From positions 1,216,001 through 1,280,000 of the forward strand of contig CBDCVK010000010.1 in assembly GCA_965223005.1 (NCBI GenBank): a stretch of DNA of 64,000 nucleotides, read 5' to 3'. This stretch comes from Terriglobia bacterium (lineage in GTDB: Bacteria > Acidobacteriota > Terriglobia > JAJPHL01 > JAPKYU01). The notes under the pieces are model-generated. The model was not told the DNA's origin. It did not search any database and was given only the letters and a program-made list of their open reading frames with translations. The position numbers and the translations under genes were made by a program. Of the stretch, positions 29,611-40,274 are shown one piece after another; the stretch's first letter is position 1, and each line of letters opens with the position of its first letter.

Positions 29611-31032
29611 ATGAAAATGTACATTGCCGGCAAGTGGGTAGACTCGCCCCAGATGTTGTCCGTGAAGGCGCCCTATTCGGGGCAGGTCGTTGACCGCGTT
29701 CCCGATGCGACTTCCAAGCAGATTGAACAGGCCTTGGCGGCGGCGGAAAAAGGGGCAGCCGCGATGGCTCAGTTGACGGCGTACGAGCGCAGCCAGATCA
29801 TGCTCCGTGCCGCCGACTTGCTACAGGCCTCCGTCGAGGACTTCGCGCAAACCATCAGCCTGGAGGAGGGCAAGCCGCTGGTCGAGTCGCGTGGCGAGGT
29901 GGGCCGGATGCCGGACCTCATGCGCCTCTCTGCCTACGAGGCCGCGCAACTCCGGGGCGAGACTCTGCCGCTCGATTCGCAGGCAGGCGTCCGGGGCAAG
30001 TTCGGCTTTACTGTCCGGGTGCCCTGCGGGATAGTCGTTGCCATCAGCCCGTTCAACTTCCCGCTCTTGCTGGTACTTCATAAGATCGCTCCAGCGCTGG
30101 CCTCCGGCAACGCTGTGATCCTGAAGCCGGCTACTTACACTCCCTTGATCGCCCTGAAACTGACTGAGGTGTTCCTGAAGGCCGGGCTGCCGGAGCACGG
30201 ATTGCAGTGCATTACAGGTTCTGGTAGCCGAATCGGTCCGGCTCTGTGCGGTGACCCGCGGGTTCGCAAGATCAGTTTCACCGGCAGCGCCGAGGTGGGA
30301 GAGCAACTGGCAAAAGCGGCCGGAGCGAAGAAGCTGTCGCTTGAGCTCGGAGCCAACTCCCCGGTGGTGGTTCTCAAGGATGCCGACATGGACGCGGTGG
30401 CAGCGGCGACTGCCATTGGAGGCTACATCAATGCCGGCCAGGTCTGCATCTCGGTGCAGCGCGTGCTGGTGCAACGCTCCTCCTATACGGACTTTCTCGA
30501 CGCACTGAAACCAAAGGTGGAAGCGATCAAGGTGGGCGATCCCATGCAAGAGGACACCCGATTGAGCGCCTTGATTTCCGAGGGCGACGCCGAGCGGGTC
30601 GGCGCCTGGGTTGACCAGGCTGTGCAGGCAGGGGCCCGGGTTGTAACCGGAGGCCAGCGGGACGGGGCCAAGTTTGCTCCAACCATTGTCGCCGACGTGG
30701 CCCCCAAAATGCGCGTCTCCAGCGATGAGCTGTTCGGGCCGGCTGTGGCCGTCACTCCCGTCGAGAACATCGACGAGGCAATCGGGCTGGCAAACGACAG
30801 CTCCTTCGGCCTCGGAGCCGGAGTCTTCACCCGCGACATCAACCACGCGTTGCGGTTTGCCCAGGAGGTGCACACCGGTACGGTGATGGTCAATTGGACT
30901 TGCCTGTGGCGCGCTGACCTGATGCCTTACGGTGGATTCAAGCAGAGCGGGTTCGGAAGGGAAGGCCCGCGCTATGCAGTCGACGAGATGACGGAAATCA
31001 AGACCGTCGTCTTGCACGGCCTCGACAGTTAA
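29611..31032 (+). CDS. Aldehyde dehydrogenase (non-acylating family)
   Basis: SPFNFP, FTGS, LELGAN, NAGQVC, ELFGP, PYGGFKQSG. Confidence 0.95.
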   Translation: MKMYIAGKWVDSPQMLSVKAPYSGQVVDRVPDATSKQIEQALAAAEKGAAAMAQLTAYERSQIMLRAADLLQASVEDFAQTISLEEGKPLVESRGEVGRMPDLMRLSAYEAAQLRGETLPLDSQAGVRGKFGFTVRVPCGIVVAISPFNFPLLLVLHKIAPALASGNAVILKPATYTPLIALKLTEVFLKAGLPEHGLQCITGSGSRIGPALCGDPRVRKISFTGSAEVGEQLAKAAGAKKLSLELGANSPVVVLKDADMDAVAAATAIGGYINAGQVCISVQRVLVQRSSYTDFLDALKPKVEAIKVGDPMQEDTRLSALISEGDAERVGAWVDQAVQAGARVVTGGQRDGAKFAPTIVADVAPKMRVSSDELFGPAVAVTPVENIDEAIGLANDSSFGLGAGVFTRDINHALRFAQEVHTGTVMVNWTCLWRADLMPYGGFKQSGFGREGPRYAVDEMTEIKTVVLHGLDS

Positions 31033-31103
31033 CGCGCCAATGGCCGCGCGGCTGACCGAGCGCGGCAGACAACCGCGGGCGGACAACCGCGGAAGGAGAC
31101 ACC

Positions 31104-32999
31104 ATGAGCGGAAGCAAGGGAAGGAAAGCGATTCGTCTGACGATGGGACAGGCGGTGATCAAGTACCTGTCCCTCCAGTACAGCGAGCGTGACGATCGGG
31201 TCCGGCGGTTCATACCGGCCATCTTCGGGATCTTCGGGCACGGGAACGTGGCCGGCCTGGGACAGGCCATGGAAGAGTACGGGCAGGAGCTGCCCTACTA
31301 CCAGCCGAAGAATGAGCAGTCCATGGTGCACACGGCCGCTGGTTTCGCCAAGGCCAACCTTCGGCTGGCCGCGATGGCCTGCACTTCCTCGATTGGGCCG
31401 GGTGCGACCAACATGATCACCGGTGCGGCCACCGCCACCATTAACCGCCTGCCCGTTCTCCTGTTCCCCTCCGACTACTTCGTCACGCGGCATCAGGGGC
31501 CGGTGCTGCAGCAACTGGAGCATCCAATTTCGGCCGACGTCAGTGTCAATGATTGTTTTCGCCCCGTCAGCCGGTTCTTTGACCGGATCAGCCGTCCGGA
31601 GCAGCTACTGACCGCCCTGCCGGAGGCCATGCGGGTCCTGGCGGACCCCGCCGAGACCGGTACGGTCACCCTTGCCTTGCCGCAGGATCTCCAGGCGCAC
31701 GCCTATGACTATCCCGCGCACTTTTTCGAAAAGCGAGTGTGGAGCATCGAGCGACGGCTTCCGAGCCCGCAGCGCGTCCAGGAGGCGGTCGGCCTGCTGA
31801 AGCAGGCTCGCCGCCCACTGATCATCGCCGGAGGCGGCGTCCAATATGCGGAGGCCTGGAAAGAGCTGCAGGAGTTTTCGCAAGCGGTGGGGATTCCCGT
31901 AGTCGAGACCTTCGCTGGCAAGGGCTCAATTCGAGAGGACTCCGATCTGCTGCTGGGCGGATTCGCTGTCACCGGGACCCCAGCGGCACACAAGATCGCA
32001 GCCGAGGCCGACCTCGTCCTGTGCCTCGGCACCCGGCTCACCGATTTCAGCACGGGCTCCCGTTCGGTCTTCCAGCATCCGGACGTGAAGTTCATTAGCC
32101 TGAACGTGTGCGGCCACGATGCCTACAAGCTGGGCGCCCTGCCGATCCTGGCCGACGCCCGCGAAGGCCTGCGCGCCTTGCTAGCGGCTGCCCGGGAAGC
32201 TGGGATCCAACCCAGCGCTTCGTATGCCGAAGACGTATTGGCCGCCAAGCGCACTTGGCTAAAGCAGGTGAACGAGGAGATCTACCAGCAGGTGCCCGGG
32301 GAAGGGATGAGCCAGGGGCAGTTGATCGGTGCGCTCAATGAGTCCGCCCAGGACGGCGACACCGTTATTGCTGCAGCGGGCAGCCCGCCAGGGGATCTGC
32401 TTCGGCTCTGGGATACGAGCCGGGGACGGAAGTGTCACCTGGAGTTCGGCTACTCCTGCATGGCGTATGAAATTCCAGCCGCCTTGGGCGTGCGCATGGC
32501 CCAGCCGAAGGGGGAGGTCTACGTGTATATTGGCGATGGCACGTACCTGATGAACCCCACCGAACTGGTGACCGCCGCGCAGGAAAACCTGAAGGTCACC
32601 GTGGTCCTCTCGGACAATCACGGATTCCAGTGCATTCGCCAGCTCCAGATGGGCACCACTGGTCGGGACTTCGGCAACGAATACCGTGCCCGCGAGAAGA
32701 AGACCAATCGGCTCACAGGCGAGTTCGTCCCCCTCGACTTCAAGCAAAACGCGGAAAGCATGGGGGCGCGCGCCTGGCATGTGAAAACGCCGGACGAGGT
32801 GTGCCAGGCGCTACGGGAGGCCCGGAAGGAAAGCCGCCCCTGCGTGATCGTGGCTGCGACGGAACCCTATCGCTACGTGCCCTGGTCCGGTGTCTGGTGG
32901 GATGTGGCCGCGGCGGAGGTGAGCGAGGATCCAGTGACCCAAAAACTGCGGAAGCAATACGAGCAAGCGCGAGACCAGTGGCAGCGCTTCTACTACTGA
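31104..32999 (+). CDS. iolD: 3D-(3,5/4)-trihydroxycyclohexane-1,2-dione acylhydrolase (ThDP-dependent)
   Basis: GIFGHGNVAG, NEQSMVH, SSIGPGATN, LEFGYSCM.YE, GDGTY. Confidence 0.9.
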   Translation: MSGSKGRKAIRLTMGQAVIKYLSLQYSERDDRVRRFIPAIFGIFGHGNVAGLGQAMEEYGQELPYYQPKNEQSMVHTAAGFAKANLRLAAMACTSSIGPGATNMITGAATATINRLPVLLFPSDYFVTRHQGPVLQQLEHPISADVSVNDCFRPVSRFFDRISRPEQLLTALPEAMRVLADPAETGTVTLALPQDLQAHAYDYPAHFFEKRVWSIERRLPSPQRVQEAVGLLKQARRPLIIAGGGVQYAEAWKELQEFSQAVGIPVVETFAGKGSIREDSDLLLGGFAVTGTPAAHKIAAEADLVLCLGTRLTDFSTGSRSVFQHPDVKFISLNVCGHDAYKLGALPILADAREGLRALLAAAREAGIQPSASYAEDVLAAKRTWLKQVNEEIYQQVPGEGMSQGQLIGALNESAQDGDTVIAAAGSPPGDLLRLWDTSRGRKCHLEFGYSCMAYEIPAALGVRMAQPKGEVYVYIGDGTYLMNPTELVTAAQENLKVTVVLSDNHGFQCIRQLQMGTTGRDFGNEYRAREKKTNRLTGEFVPLDFKQNAESMGARAWHVKTPDEVCQALREARKESRPCVIVAATEPYRYVPWSGVWWDVAAAEVSEDPVTQKLRKQYEQARDQWQRFYY

Positions 33000-33177
33000 C
33001 AGGCATTTACAGGTACTGACAGGTTCGCGGCGGAACGTCCTGGCGGCGGAACGTCCTGCTGGATAAGAGGTGACAGAGTCGCCGGGCGTCAAGCCGCGCT
33101 GGTCTCTGGCCCCTAAGCAATAGCGATCTTGTGTGCGCCCGGGCTCACTGCCCGGAAAGGCGCAGGAAGGAAAGCAT

Positions 33178-33972
33178 ATGGGAGAAACTCCGAACCTCTT
33201 ACAGAAGATCCGGGAAGGGCAGGCCTGCCTGGGAACCTGCGTCAGCTTCACCGACCCAGCTGTCACCGAGACGCTGGCCGGCGCGCTGGACTTCATCTGG
33301 ATCGACACGGAACACGGCGCCCTTTCGCTGGAAAAGGTGCAGGGACACGTCATGGCGACCCGGGGAACCCAGGCGACACCGCTGGTCCGCGTGCCCTGGA
33401 ATGATCCGGTGTTGATCAAGCCCGTGCTGGACCTCGGCGCCGCCGGCATGATCTTGCCCATGGTTCGCAACGCCGAGGAGACACGCCGGGCCGTCGCCGG
33501 GTGCCTTTATCCACCCAAGGGGATCCGCGGCTACGGGCCGCGCCGCCCCACCAACTACGGCCGCGCTGGAGGGCCGGAGTTTTGCCGGCTGGCGAACGAG
33601 TCAATGATTGTGCTGGTGCAGGTCGAGCACATCGAGGCGGTCCAGAACATTGACGAAATTCTCGCCGTCCCGGGCCTCAGCGGGGTCGTCCTCGGCCCCT
33701 ACGATTTGTCCGGCTCGATGGGGCGACTGGGCGAAGTGCAGCATCCGGAGGTGGTTCAGGCCATGGACACTGTCATCCAGAAGGTCCGGAACACCGGGCG
33801 CGTGATGGGAATCGGCACTGGCTGCGATCCTAAGCAGGTCAGCCAGTTGATTGACAAGGGAGTGAACTTTTTGGCCCTGGGAGCCGATTACATGCTGTTG
33901 GCGCAGGCGGTTGATCAGCTCACCAGCAAGTTGCGGAAGCACACGGGCGCCGCGGCGACAGCCCGCGCGTAA
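33178..33972 (+). CDS. HpcH/HpaI (GarL-like) pyruvate aldolase
   Basis: IDTEHG, VRVPWND, YPPKGIRG, QVE, GPYDLS. Confidence 0.92.
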   Translation: MGETPNLLQKIREGQACLGTCVSFTDPAVTETLAGALDFIWIDTEHGALSLEKVQGHVMATRGTQATPLVRVPWNDPVLIKPVLDLGAAGMILPMVRNAEETRRAVAGCLYPPKGIRGYGPRRPTNYGRAGGPEFCRLANESMIVLVQVEHIEAVQNIDEILAVPGLSGVVLGPYDLSGSMGRLGEVQHPEVVQAMDTVIQKVRNTGRVMGIGTGCDPKQVSQLIDKGVNFLALGADYMLLAQAVDQLTSKLRKHTGAAATARA

Positions 33973-34172
33973 TCTCCGCAAGATTCAGGCTCTTGGCAGC
34001 GCCTCGCCGCTTGGGCTGCGCCGGCACTCTCTACTGCGGCCAGGCCCGCGTTTCTAACAGACGCTGGATGTGGGCTGCTTCCGAGTTCATGAGCGTAGTG
34101 TTTGAATTTTCCGCATCACAATGCTAGTGTGGACGCTTCTGTGAGCGACCCCCTAGGCAAGCGAGGAGCAGC

Positions 34173-34469
34173 ATGGAAGCTTTAGGCATGATCGAAACCC
34201 GCGGCTTGGTTGGTTCCATTGAAGCGGCCGACGCTATGGTGAAAGCGGCCAACGTAGTGCTGATCGGGCGCGAGTATATCGGGGCGGGCTACGTCACCGT
34301 GATGGTCCGAGGCGATGTCGGCGCGGTCAAGGCAGCCACGGATGCGGGAGCAGCGGCCGCCCGTCGGGTGGGAGAATTGGTCAGCGTCCACGTCATCCCG
34401 CGACCCCATGCCGAGGTGGAGAAATTCCTTCCCGGGGCGGCAGCGCCCAGCGGAGCCAAGAGCAAATAG
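34173..34469 (+). CDS. Bacterial microcompartment hexamer shell protein (EutM/PduA-like)
   Basis: [37 protein letters not shown]. Confidence 0.97.
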   Translation: MEALGMIETRGLVGSIEAADAMVKAANVVLIGREYIGAGYVTVMVRGDVGAVKAATDAGAAAARRVGELVSVHVIPRPHAEVEKFLPGAAAPSGAKSK

Positions 34470-34482
34470 GTAGGTGCCAGCC

Positions 34483-34583
34483 GTCGGGTTTCAGGTGTTG
34501 GGGAGGAACGATCCCGCACCGGGATCCGCTCCCGCGGAAAGCTGACACCGGACACCTTTGAAACCTGGCGCCTGAAATCCGAC
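34483..34583 (+). repeat. Intergenic palindromic (REP-like) stem-loop
   Basis: Arms gtcgggtttcaggtgttgg and ctggcgcctgaaatccgac; inner gatccc/gggatc stem. Confidence 0.6.
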
Positions 34584-34593
34584 ACTTGGCGTT

Positions 34594-36408
34594 ATGTTGC
34601 GTGACGCGGATCTGGTTTCTGTTCAGGAAGCGCGAGACCTGGCGGAAAAGGCCTACGAGGCTTCGCAGAAGTTCCTCGCCTACTCTCCAGAGCAAGTAGA
34701 CTCCATCATTGATGCAATGGCACAGGCGGCTATCGGCGCCGCGGAGGAACTGGCCCGCCTGGCTGTGGAAGAGACCGGCTATGGCAACGTAGCCGACAAG
34801 GTCGAGAAGAACCTGTTCGCCTCGCGCGACACCTACCGCGCCATCCGTCCGATGAAGACGGTAGGGATCGTGCGTGAGGATCTGGAGGCGCGGGTCCTCG
34901 AAGTTGCGGTTCCGGTAGGCGTGGTAGCTGCCGTGCTGCCTACTACCAATCCAACTTCCACTGCCATCGACAAAGTTCTGATTGCCCTGAAGGGCCGTAA
35001 TGCAATCGTGTTGAGCCCGCACCCGAACGCGATTCGTTGCATCTGTCATACGGCCGATCTGTTGTCCCAGGCGGCGAGGCAAGCAGGGGCGCCGGAGAAC
35101 GTGATCGGCTGCATGCGTACCCCAACGCTGGCCGGCACGCAGGAGCTGATGAGGCACCGGCGGACTGGCATGGTCCTCTCAACAGGAGGTGCGGGTGTCG
35201 TGAGGGCCGCCTACACCAGCGGGAAGCCCGCCTTTGGTGTCGGCCCGGGCAACGTGCCCGCGTTCATCGAGCGCAGCGCCGATGTTCGCAAGGCGGTGGC
35301 CGATATCGTGCGCGGGAAGTGCTTCGACCACGGCACCATCTGCTCCAGCGAGCAGGCGCTGGTGGCCGATGAGTCGCTGCGGGAGCAGGTGCTGGCTGAG
35401 CTGCGCGCCCAGGGCGCCTACCTGCTGAACGACAGCGAGATTCAGGCGCTGGCCCGCGTCCTGCTGACACCACAGTGGACGGTCAGCCCGCAGTGCGTCG
35501 GCAAGCCAGCCCATGTGGTCGCGCAGATTGCAGGATTTTCGGTGCCGCCCGAGACGCGCCTGCTGGTGGCTCCGCTCGGCGGCGTCGGCCGAGAGTATCC
35601 GCTATCGGCCGAGAAGCTCTCGCCGGTGCTGGCGCTCTTCTTCGTCAGGGACTTCGAAGAGGGCTGCCGCCTGTGCGAGAGCGTGTTGCGCTTTGGAGGT
35701 CTGGGCCATACCGTGGCCACTCACTCGCGAGACGAGGGGTTGATCCGCCAATTCGGGCTGCGCATGCCAGCCTTCCGGGTAGTGGTGAACTCGCCGGCTA
35801 CGCATGGGTCCGTCGGCTACAGCACCAGCCTGTTTCCTTCGATGACGCTGGGCTGCGGAGCCCTGGGAGGGAATACGACCGGGGACAACATTTCGCCGCT
35901 GCATCTGATCAACATCAAGCGAATCGCCTACGAGATCCGTCCGGTGACTCAAACCCAGCCGCATCAGCAGCAGCCAACCTCATCGGCTCGCGCTGCCGCG
36001 CCGCCCGCATCGGGGCTGGCGCCGACCCCGGCGGCGACAAGCACGTTGGTGCCGGATCGGCAGACGATCGCGCGGGTGGTCGAGCGTTTTCTCACGGCGA
36101 AGGGGATTTCTACGCGGGCGCAGCCGGCTTCGACGGGAATAGGGGGAAGCGGAACGGAGCCGCCGCCAGCGTCGCCTCCCGCCGCGGCGTCGATCTCACC
36201 GCCCATGGCCCCGCAGGAATCGACCGCCCCAGCTCCTGTAAAGGTGGTAGACTTCGTATGTGAGAGTGACGTGCGCGCGGCTCTGAACCGGAACGAAAAG
36301 ATTCATGTTGGGCCGCGCACGATCGTGACACCCTCCGCCCGCGATCTGGCCGCGGAAAACGACGTGCTGGTGATGAGCCAGGACGGGTTCCGTCGCCGCA
36401 AGGCCTGA
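34594..36408 (+). CDS. BMC-associated CoA-acylating aldehyde dehydrogenase with C-terminal extension
   Basis: [37 protein letters not shown]; amphipathic [12 protein letters not shown] in a low-complexity tail. Confidence 0.9.
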   Translation: MLRDADLVSVQEARDLAEKAYEASQKFLAYSPEQVDSIIDAMAQAAIGAAEELARLAVEETGYGNVADKVEKNLFASRDTYRAIRPMKTVGIVREDLEARVLEVAVPVGVVAAVLPTTNPTSTAIDKVLIALKGRNAIVLSPHPNAIRCICHTADLLSQAARQAGAPENVIGCMRTPTLAGTQELMRHRRTGMVLSTGGAGVVRAAYTSGKPAFGVGPGNVPAFIERSADVRKAVADIVRGKCFDHGTICSSEQALVADESLREQVLAELRAQGAYLLNDSEIQALARVLLTPQWTVSPQCVGKPAHVVAQIAGFSVPPETRLLVAPLGGVGREYPLSAEKLSPVLALFFVRDFEEGCRLCESVLRFGGLGHTVATHSRDEGLIRQFGLRMPAFRVVVNSPATHGSVGYSTSLFPSMTLGCGALGGNTTGDNISPLHLINIKRIAYEIRPVTQTQPHQQQPTSSARAAAPPASGLAPTPAATSTLVPDRQTIARVVERFLTAKGISTRAQPASTGIGGSGTEPPPASPPAAASISPPMAPQESTAPAPVKVVDFVCESDVRAALNRNEKIHVGPRTIVTPSARDLAAENDVLVMSQDGFRRRKA

Positions 36409-36444
36409 GCGCGGTTTGGAGGAGCAGGCCTGCCGACGACTGCC

Positions 36445-36954
36445 ATGCCGCAGACCGAAGTCAACCTAGATCGCCTCCGCTCAGAGATGATGGACTACGT
36501 GCGCCAAACGGGGCTTCCCATCTTCTATGGGTTGGGGAACCCCGACGAGGAGGACTACACCTTCTGGGACGTTCGCGCCTTCCCTGATTGGCGCCAGTTT
36601 GTGGATGTGGGTAAAGAGTGCGGCGCGCGCCTGTTGTTGTTCAGCTCGGACACCTTCGCCGATGCTGAGCTGGAGCGGGTTTTTGAGAAGCTCGGCGAGT
36701 GCGAGATGAACTCGGAAGACCGGGTCTACTACATGAAGCAGTTTGAGGCGCTGCGGAAACGCGTCGGGCAGACCGCCTGGGTTCGCCTCGCCTTCGAGCA
36801 GGGCGGCCGCTGGCTTGCCTATGAGCACACCGCATCCTGGTACGAAGACTTCTGTTCTGTCCTCGAGGACCTGGAAACCTTGCTCCCCATCGGTGAAGAG
36901 GAAGAGGAAGAAGAAGGTGGCGACGCCAGCCGCGGCTTCTTTTCTCGCAACTAG
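36445..36954 (+). CDS. Hypothetical protein with acidic tail
   Basis: 169-aa ORF, protein-like composition, co-oriented with the BMC genes. Confidence 0.7.
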   Translation: MPQTEVNLDRLRSEMMDYVRQTGLPIFYGLGNPDEEDYTFWDVRAFPDWRQFVDVGKECGARLLLFSSDTFADAELERVFEKLGECEMNSEDRVYYMKQFEALRKRVGQTAWVRLAFEQGGRWLAYEHTASWYEDFCSVLEDLETLLPIGEEEEEEEGGDASRGFFSRN

Positions 36955-37031
36955 CGGTCGCCGCCAGATGTAGTGCCCGGCTTTGCGCTGGGCGTCGGAT
37001 CGCCGGGGCGAGCCGCCCACAAAGGGCGGCC

Positions 37032-37292
37032 CTACAGATCACGAACTCCCTCAGCGGTTGCCTCCAGGTCCACGCGGGCCACCCAGTCGCAATGGATTTT
37101 TCGGACCTGAAACCAGGCCGGGAGTTGCTCGCGACCCGGGGCGTCGAATTCGCCGAACAACCGGCCCTCGGTCCTATCGACCAGAAACCGAAGGGAGCGC
37201 AACTCGGGTGCGCCCGCCAGGGAGGCGGCCAGTTGCTGGGCGCCCTGGCGGGTCATGCAAGCCATGGAATGCGCCGTCAGGTAACGAGGCAT
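37032..37292 (-). CDS. Small ferredoxin-like-fold protein (DUF4242-like)
   Basis: MPRYL..H start and EFDAP pattern; family call tentative. Confidence 0.55.
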   Translation of the reverse strand: MPRYLTAHSMACMTRQGAQQLAASLAGAPELRSLRFLVDRTEGRLFGEFDAPGREQLPAWFQVRKIHCDWVARVDLEATAEGVRDL

Positions 37293-37531
37293 AGTTCACA
37301 CCTGCCGCGTCGATCCTTCTTGGTTTGCATGGAGGCTTGGTTTGCATGGAGGGCATGAAGCGACTCCGTGGCAGCCGGAGTAGTGTGCCACCTCGCCGCG
37401 CACCGTCGGCAGTGGACACCGGTCGGCTGCCAGGAAGCGCAGGTCTGCTTTTAAGCGCTGCCTCAGTTGACTTCTGGCAAAGGCGCGTGCTACGTTGACG
37501 CGATTTCACCGCCGCGGCTCACTACGTTGAG

Positions 37532-38185
37532 GTGGACTTGGCTGAAGTTGTCAAAGTTAGCGCTCAATCTCCCGAGCCGCCGCGTATCGAGTACGCAGCC
37601 GAATTGGTGCGTGGTGGTCGGGTGATTTCCGTCCCCACCGAGACCTTCTATGCCCTGTCCACGGACCCCTTCAATCTCTACGCAGTGGAAGAAATTTTCC
37701 AGATCAAAGGCCGCCCAAGCCACAAGCCCCTCTTGTTGTTAGTTGCCTCGATCGAGCAGGCCGAGGAGCTTTCCTCGGGTAACCTGCCGGATCGCTTTTA
37801 TGCCTTGGCACGTCGCTTTTGGCCTGGACCGCTGACGCTGGTGATCGAGGCGTCGCGCCGGGTACCGCTGAAGATCACCGGCAACACCGGCAAAGTAGCC
37901 GTGCGATTGCCCGATGCCCAGGTCCCGGTTTCCCTGACCCGCCTGATGGACATGCCGCTCATCGGGACCAGCGCCAACCTGGCGGGAACGAAGGAATGCA
38001 GCAATGCTCAGGAAGTGCAACATTGCCTGGGCGAGCGACTGCCGCTGATTTTGGATGGCGGCGAGTCGAAGATACAGGTCCCCTCCACCATTGTCGAGGT
38101 GAACCGCGAAGGCTGGCGGCTGATCCGCGAAGGTGCTATTCCCAGCGAACAGATCGCCGAGTTCCTTACACCGGGAAATGCCTGA
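37532..38185 (+). CDS. tsaC: L-threonylcarbamoyladenylate synthase (Sua5/YrdC)
   Basis: PTETFYAL, KGRPSHKP, WPGPLT, TSAN. Confidence 0.92.
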   Translation: MDLAEVVKVSAQSPEPPRIEYAAELVRGGRVISVPTETFYALSTDPFNLYAVEEIFQIKGRPSHKPLLLLVASIEQAEELSSGNLPDRFYALARRFWPGPLTLVIEASRRVPLKITGNTGKVAVRLPDAQVPVSLTRLMDMPLIGTSANLAGTKECSNAQEVQHCLGERLPLILDGGESKIQVPSTIVEVNREGWRLIREGAIPSEQIAEFLTPGNA

Positions 38186-38307
38186 GGCGCGCGCCGTTGG
38201 GCTGATCCGCTGTTTTTTTCCTCCCCCCTGGCCCGGGTTGCCACTCTCTGCCATCTCACGAGCTGCGAATTACAATCTTTTCGATATGGTTCCCCGCCTG
38301 GAAGGAG

Positions 38308-39189
38308 CTACGGCGGCGCGGCCCAGAACCGTTTGGGAAGGCGGGTGATCGCCACCGGATTCACCGCCTGCCCCTGCGCGTAGACTGCCCAGTGCAAATG
38401 CGGGCCGGTGCTGCGTCCCGTATTGCCAACTGTTCCCACCACCTGCCCCTGGGCAATCCTGCCACCGGGTTTCACTCGGATTTCTTTCAGGTGAAAGTAG
38501 GCGCTGATCACACCGTGGCCGTGATCCAGAAAGACCGAGTTCCCCGTCAAAACGAACGGCTCTGCGGCCAGGACCCTGCCGGCGTTCGCCGCGTAGACCG
38601 GAGTGCCGGGCTTCAGCGAGAAATCCAGGCCGCGGTGGTATCCGCGGAAGCTGGAGCCGCGCTGGCGGCTACTCTGGGCCTCGACGTAACGCCGCTGCCG
38701 GCCGAAACCGCGTCCTGCCTTGCTGCTCGGTGGCCGAAAGTTGCCTTTCCACAGTTGGATCGCAGACTTGGTGCGAAGGATCCGGCGGATGCGCTTGGAC
38801 TGTTCCTTGATCCGCGGGTCCTTCTGTAACGCCATGCGGTCCGGCTTCAGCCGGATGGTCTGGACAGGGCCGGTGTCCAGCTCGACGATGGACAACCGTC
38901 GGCGCGCCAGGGGTGCACCGCTGCCCTCAACCTGTATCACAAGCTCGGCCGTCCCTGTCTTCTGGAGCCGATCCACCGGGAGCAGAGTACGATAGCCGCC
39001 AGGGACCGGGTACAGGCGATACGTGCGCCCCAGCCACTGACAGGTGGGGTGGCCCAACGACGTCGGGCTTTCCAGCTCTAGGAACACCAGCCCGCCCTGA
39101 CGGATTTGCCTGGGCTCCACCAGAAGGGTCCATGAGTCCCCGGGCGAAAGGGCCAGCAGAAGACACGACAGCAGGACACCGAACACCAT
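38308..39189 (-). CDS. M23 family metallopeptidase
   Basis: HRGLD, YFHL, GRSTGPHLHW; signal peptide. Confidence 0.9.
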   Translation of the reverse strand: MVFGVLLSCLLLALSPGDSWTLLVEPRQIRQGGLVFLELESPTSLGHPTCQWLGRTYRLYPVPGGYRTLLPVDRLQKTGTAELVIQVEGSGAPLARRRLSIVELDTGPVQTIRLKPDRMALQKDPRIKEQSKRIRRILRTKSAIQLWKGNFRPPSSKAGRGFGRQRRYVEAQSSRQRGSSFRGYHRGLDFSLKPGTPVYAANAGRVLAAEPFVLTGNSVFLDHGHGVISAYFHLKEIRVKPGGRIAQGQVVGTVGNTGRSTGPHLHWAVYAQGQAVNPVAITRLPKRFWAAPP

Positions 39190-39241
39190 CAGCAGAAGTT
39201 TACAACGGGCGATTCCGACCCTCAGAAGCGAACGGCCGCAT

Positions 39242-40066
39242 TCAGGCTTGGCCTGCCTCCTCGTGATAAACCACAATGCCGGCGTAACCCACCACCGAGT
39301 CGCGGCCAGCCCCAGCGTCGGCGCTGGTCGCGTAGCGCACCAGGGAGGCGCGGTTGGCACCGAGCTGCCGAGCGGCAGTCAGCATGGCGATGACCGGCCC
39401 ATAGCCGCACATCGTGTTATTCTCACGCCGGAGCACTTCGAAGAGGCGGCGTGGATTCAACTCCAAGATGGCCTCGATCGCTTGGCGATCCTTGACGCGT
39501 GTGATGCCATCCGGCTCGTAGTGGTTCATGTCGCTGGAAGCGATGATCAGTAGCGGCCGGGCAGCTAAGGCCGCCGTTCGTCCCAGCGCCTGTCCCAATT
39601 CTTCCAGCCGGGTAAAGTCGCCCACGCCGACCGCGATGGGCACAAAGGTAAAGCTGGGCACCAGGCGCTGAACAAAAGGCAACGGCACCTCGAGGGCATG
39701 TTCCGTGGCGTGGGCTTCGGAATCCTCGCTGACCAGCGCGTACTCGCGCTTCAGCAGCTCTGCCATTTCTATGTCCACCGCGACCCGACCCAACGGCGTC
39801 AGCCACTCTCCGGACCCATACAGGGCCAGCGGCCGGCCACGCCCGGAGTGATTGGGGCAGAGGATCACCAGCAGTCGTGGAAGCTGCAAAGCGCCGTAGA
39901 CGGCTCCGGCAACGTGGCCGGAGTACACGTAACCGGCGTGAGGAACGACACAACCCAGTGCCCGCAAGGGTTCCGGGGCTGGGACGATGTAGCGGTCCAG
40001 ATCCCGGCCCAGGGTTTCCGGGTTGGCCGGATAGAAGCGTCCGGCCACCGCGGGCGATCGAAGCAT
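39242..40066 (-). CDS. amrB: AmmeMemoRadiSam system protein B (Memo-like)
   Basis: PAVAGRFYP, PHAGYVYSG, EHALE, SSDMNHY, MCGYGP, VGYAG. Confidence 0.92.
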   Translation of the reverse strand: MLRSPAVAGRFYPANPETLGRDLDRYIVPAPEPLRALGCVVPHAGYVYSGHVAGAVYGALQLPRLLVILCPNHSGRGRPLALYGSGEWLTPLGRVAVDIEMAELLKREYALVSEDSEAHATEHALEVPLPFVQRLVPSFTFVPIAVGVGDFTRLEELGQALGRTAALAARPLLIIASSDMNHYEPDGITRVKDRQAIEAILELNPRRLFEVLRRENNTMCGYGPVIAMLTAARQLGANRASLVRYATSADAGAGRDSVVGYAGIVVYHEEAGQA

Positions 40067-40274
40067 GACCTGCCTCCCTCCACCAAAGATCCCATTCTAG
40101 CGGATGGAATTCACGGGTGCCAGCGCCCTGCGGGTCCTAGTCGGCTCGAAGGGGATTGCGTCTTGCACGCCTTCAGCTGCGGTGAGACTGGCGAGCCAAG
40201 CTGCGGAAAAGGTTGCCTGTGATCAGGAACGTACGCTAGAGAATCCGGGGAGAGTCTTTGGGATGCTTGTGAGG

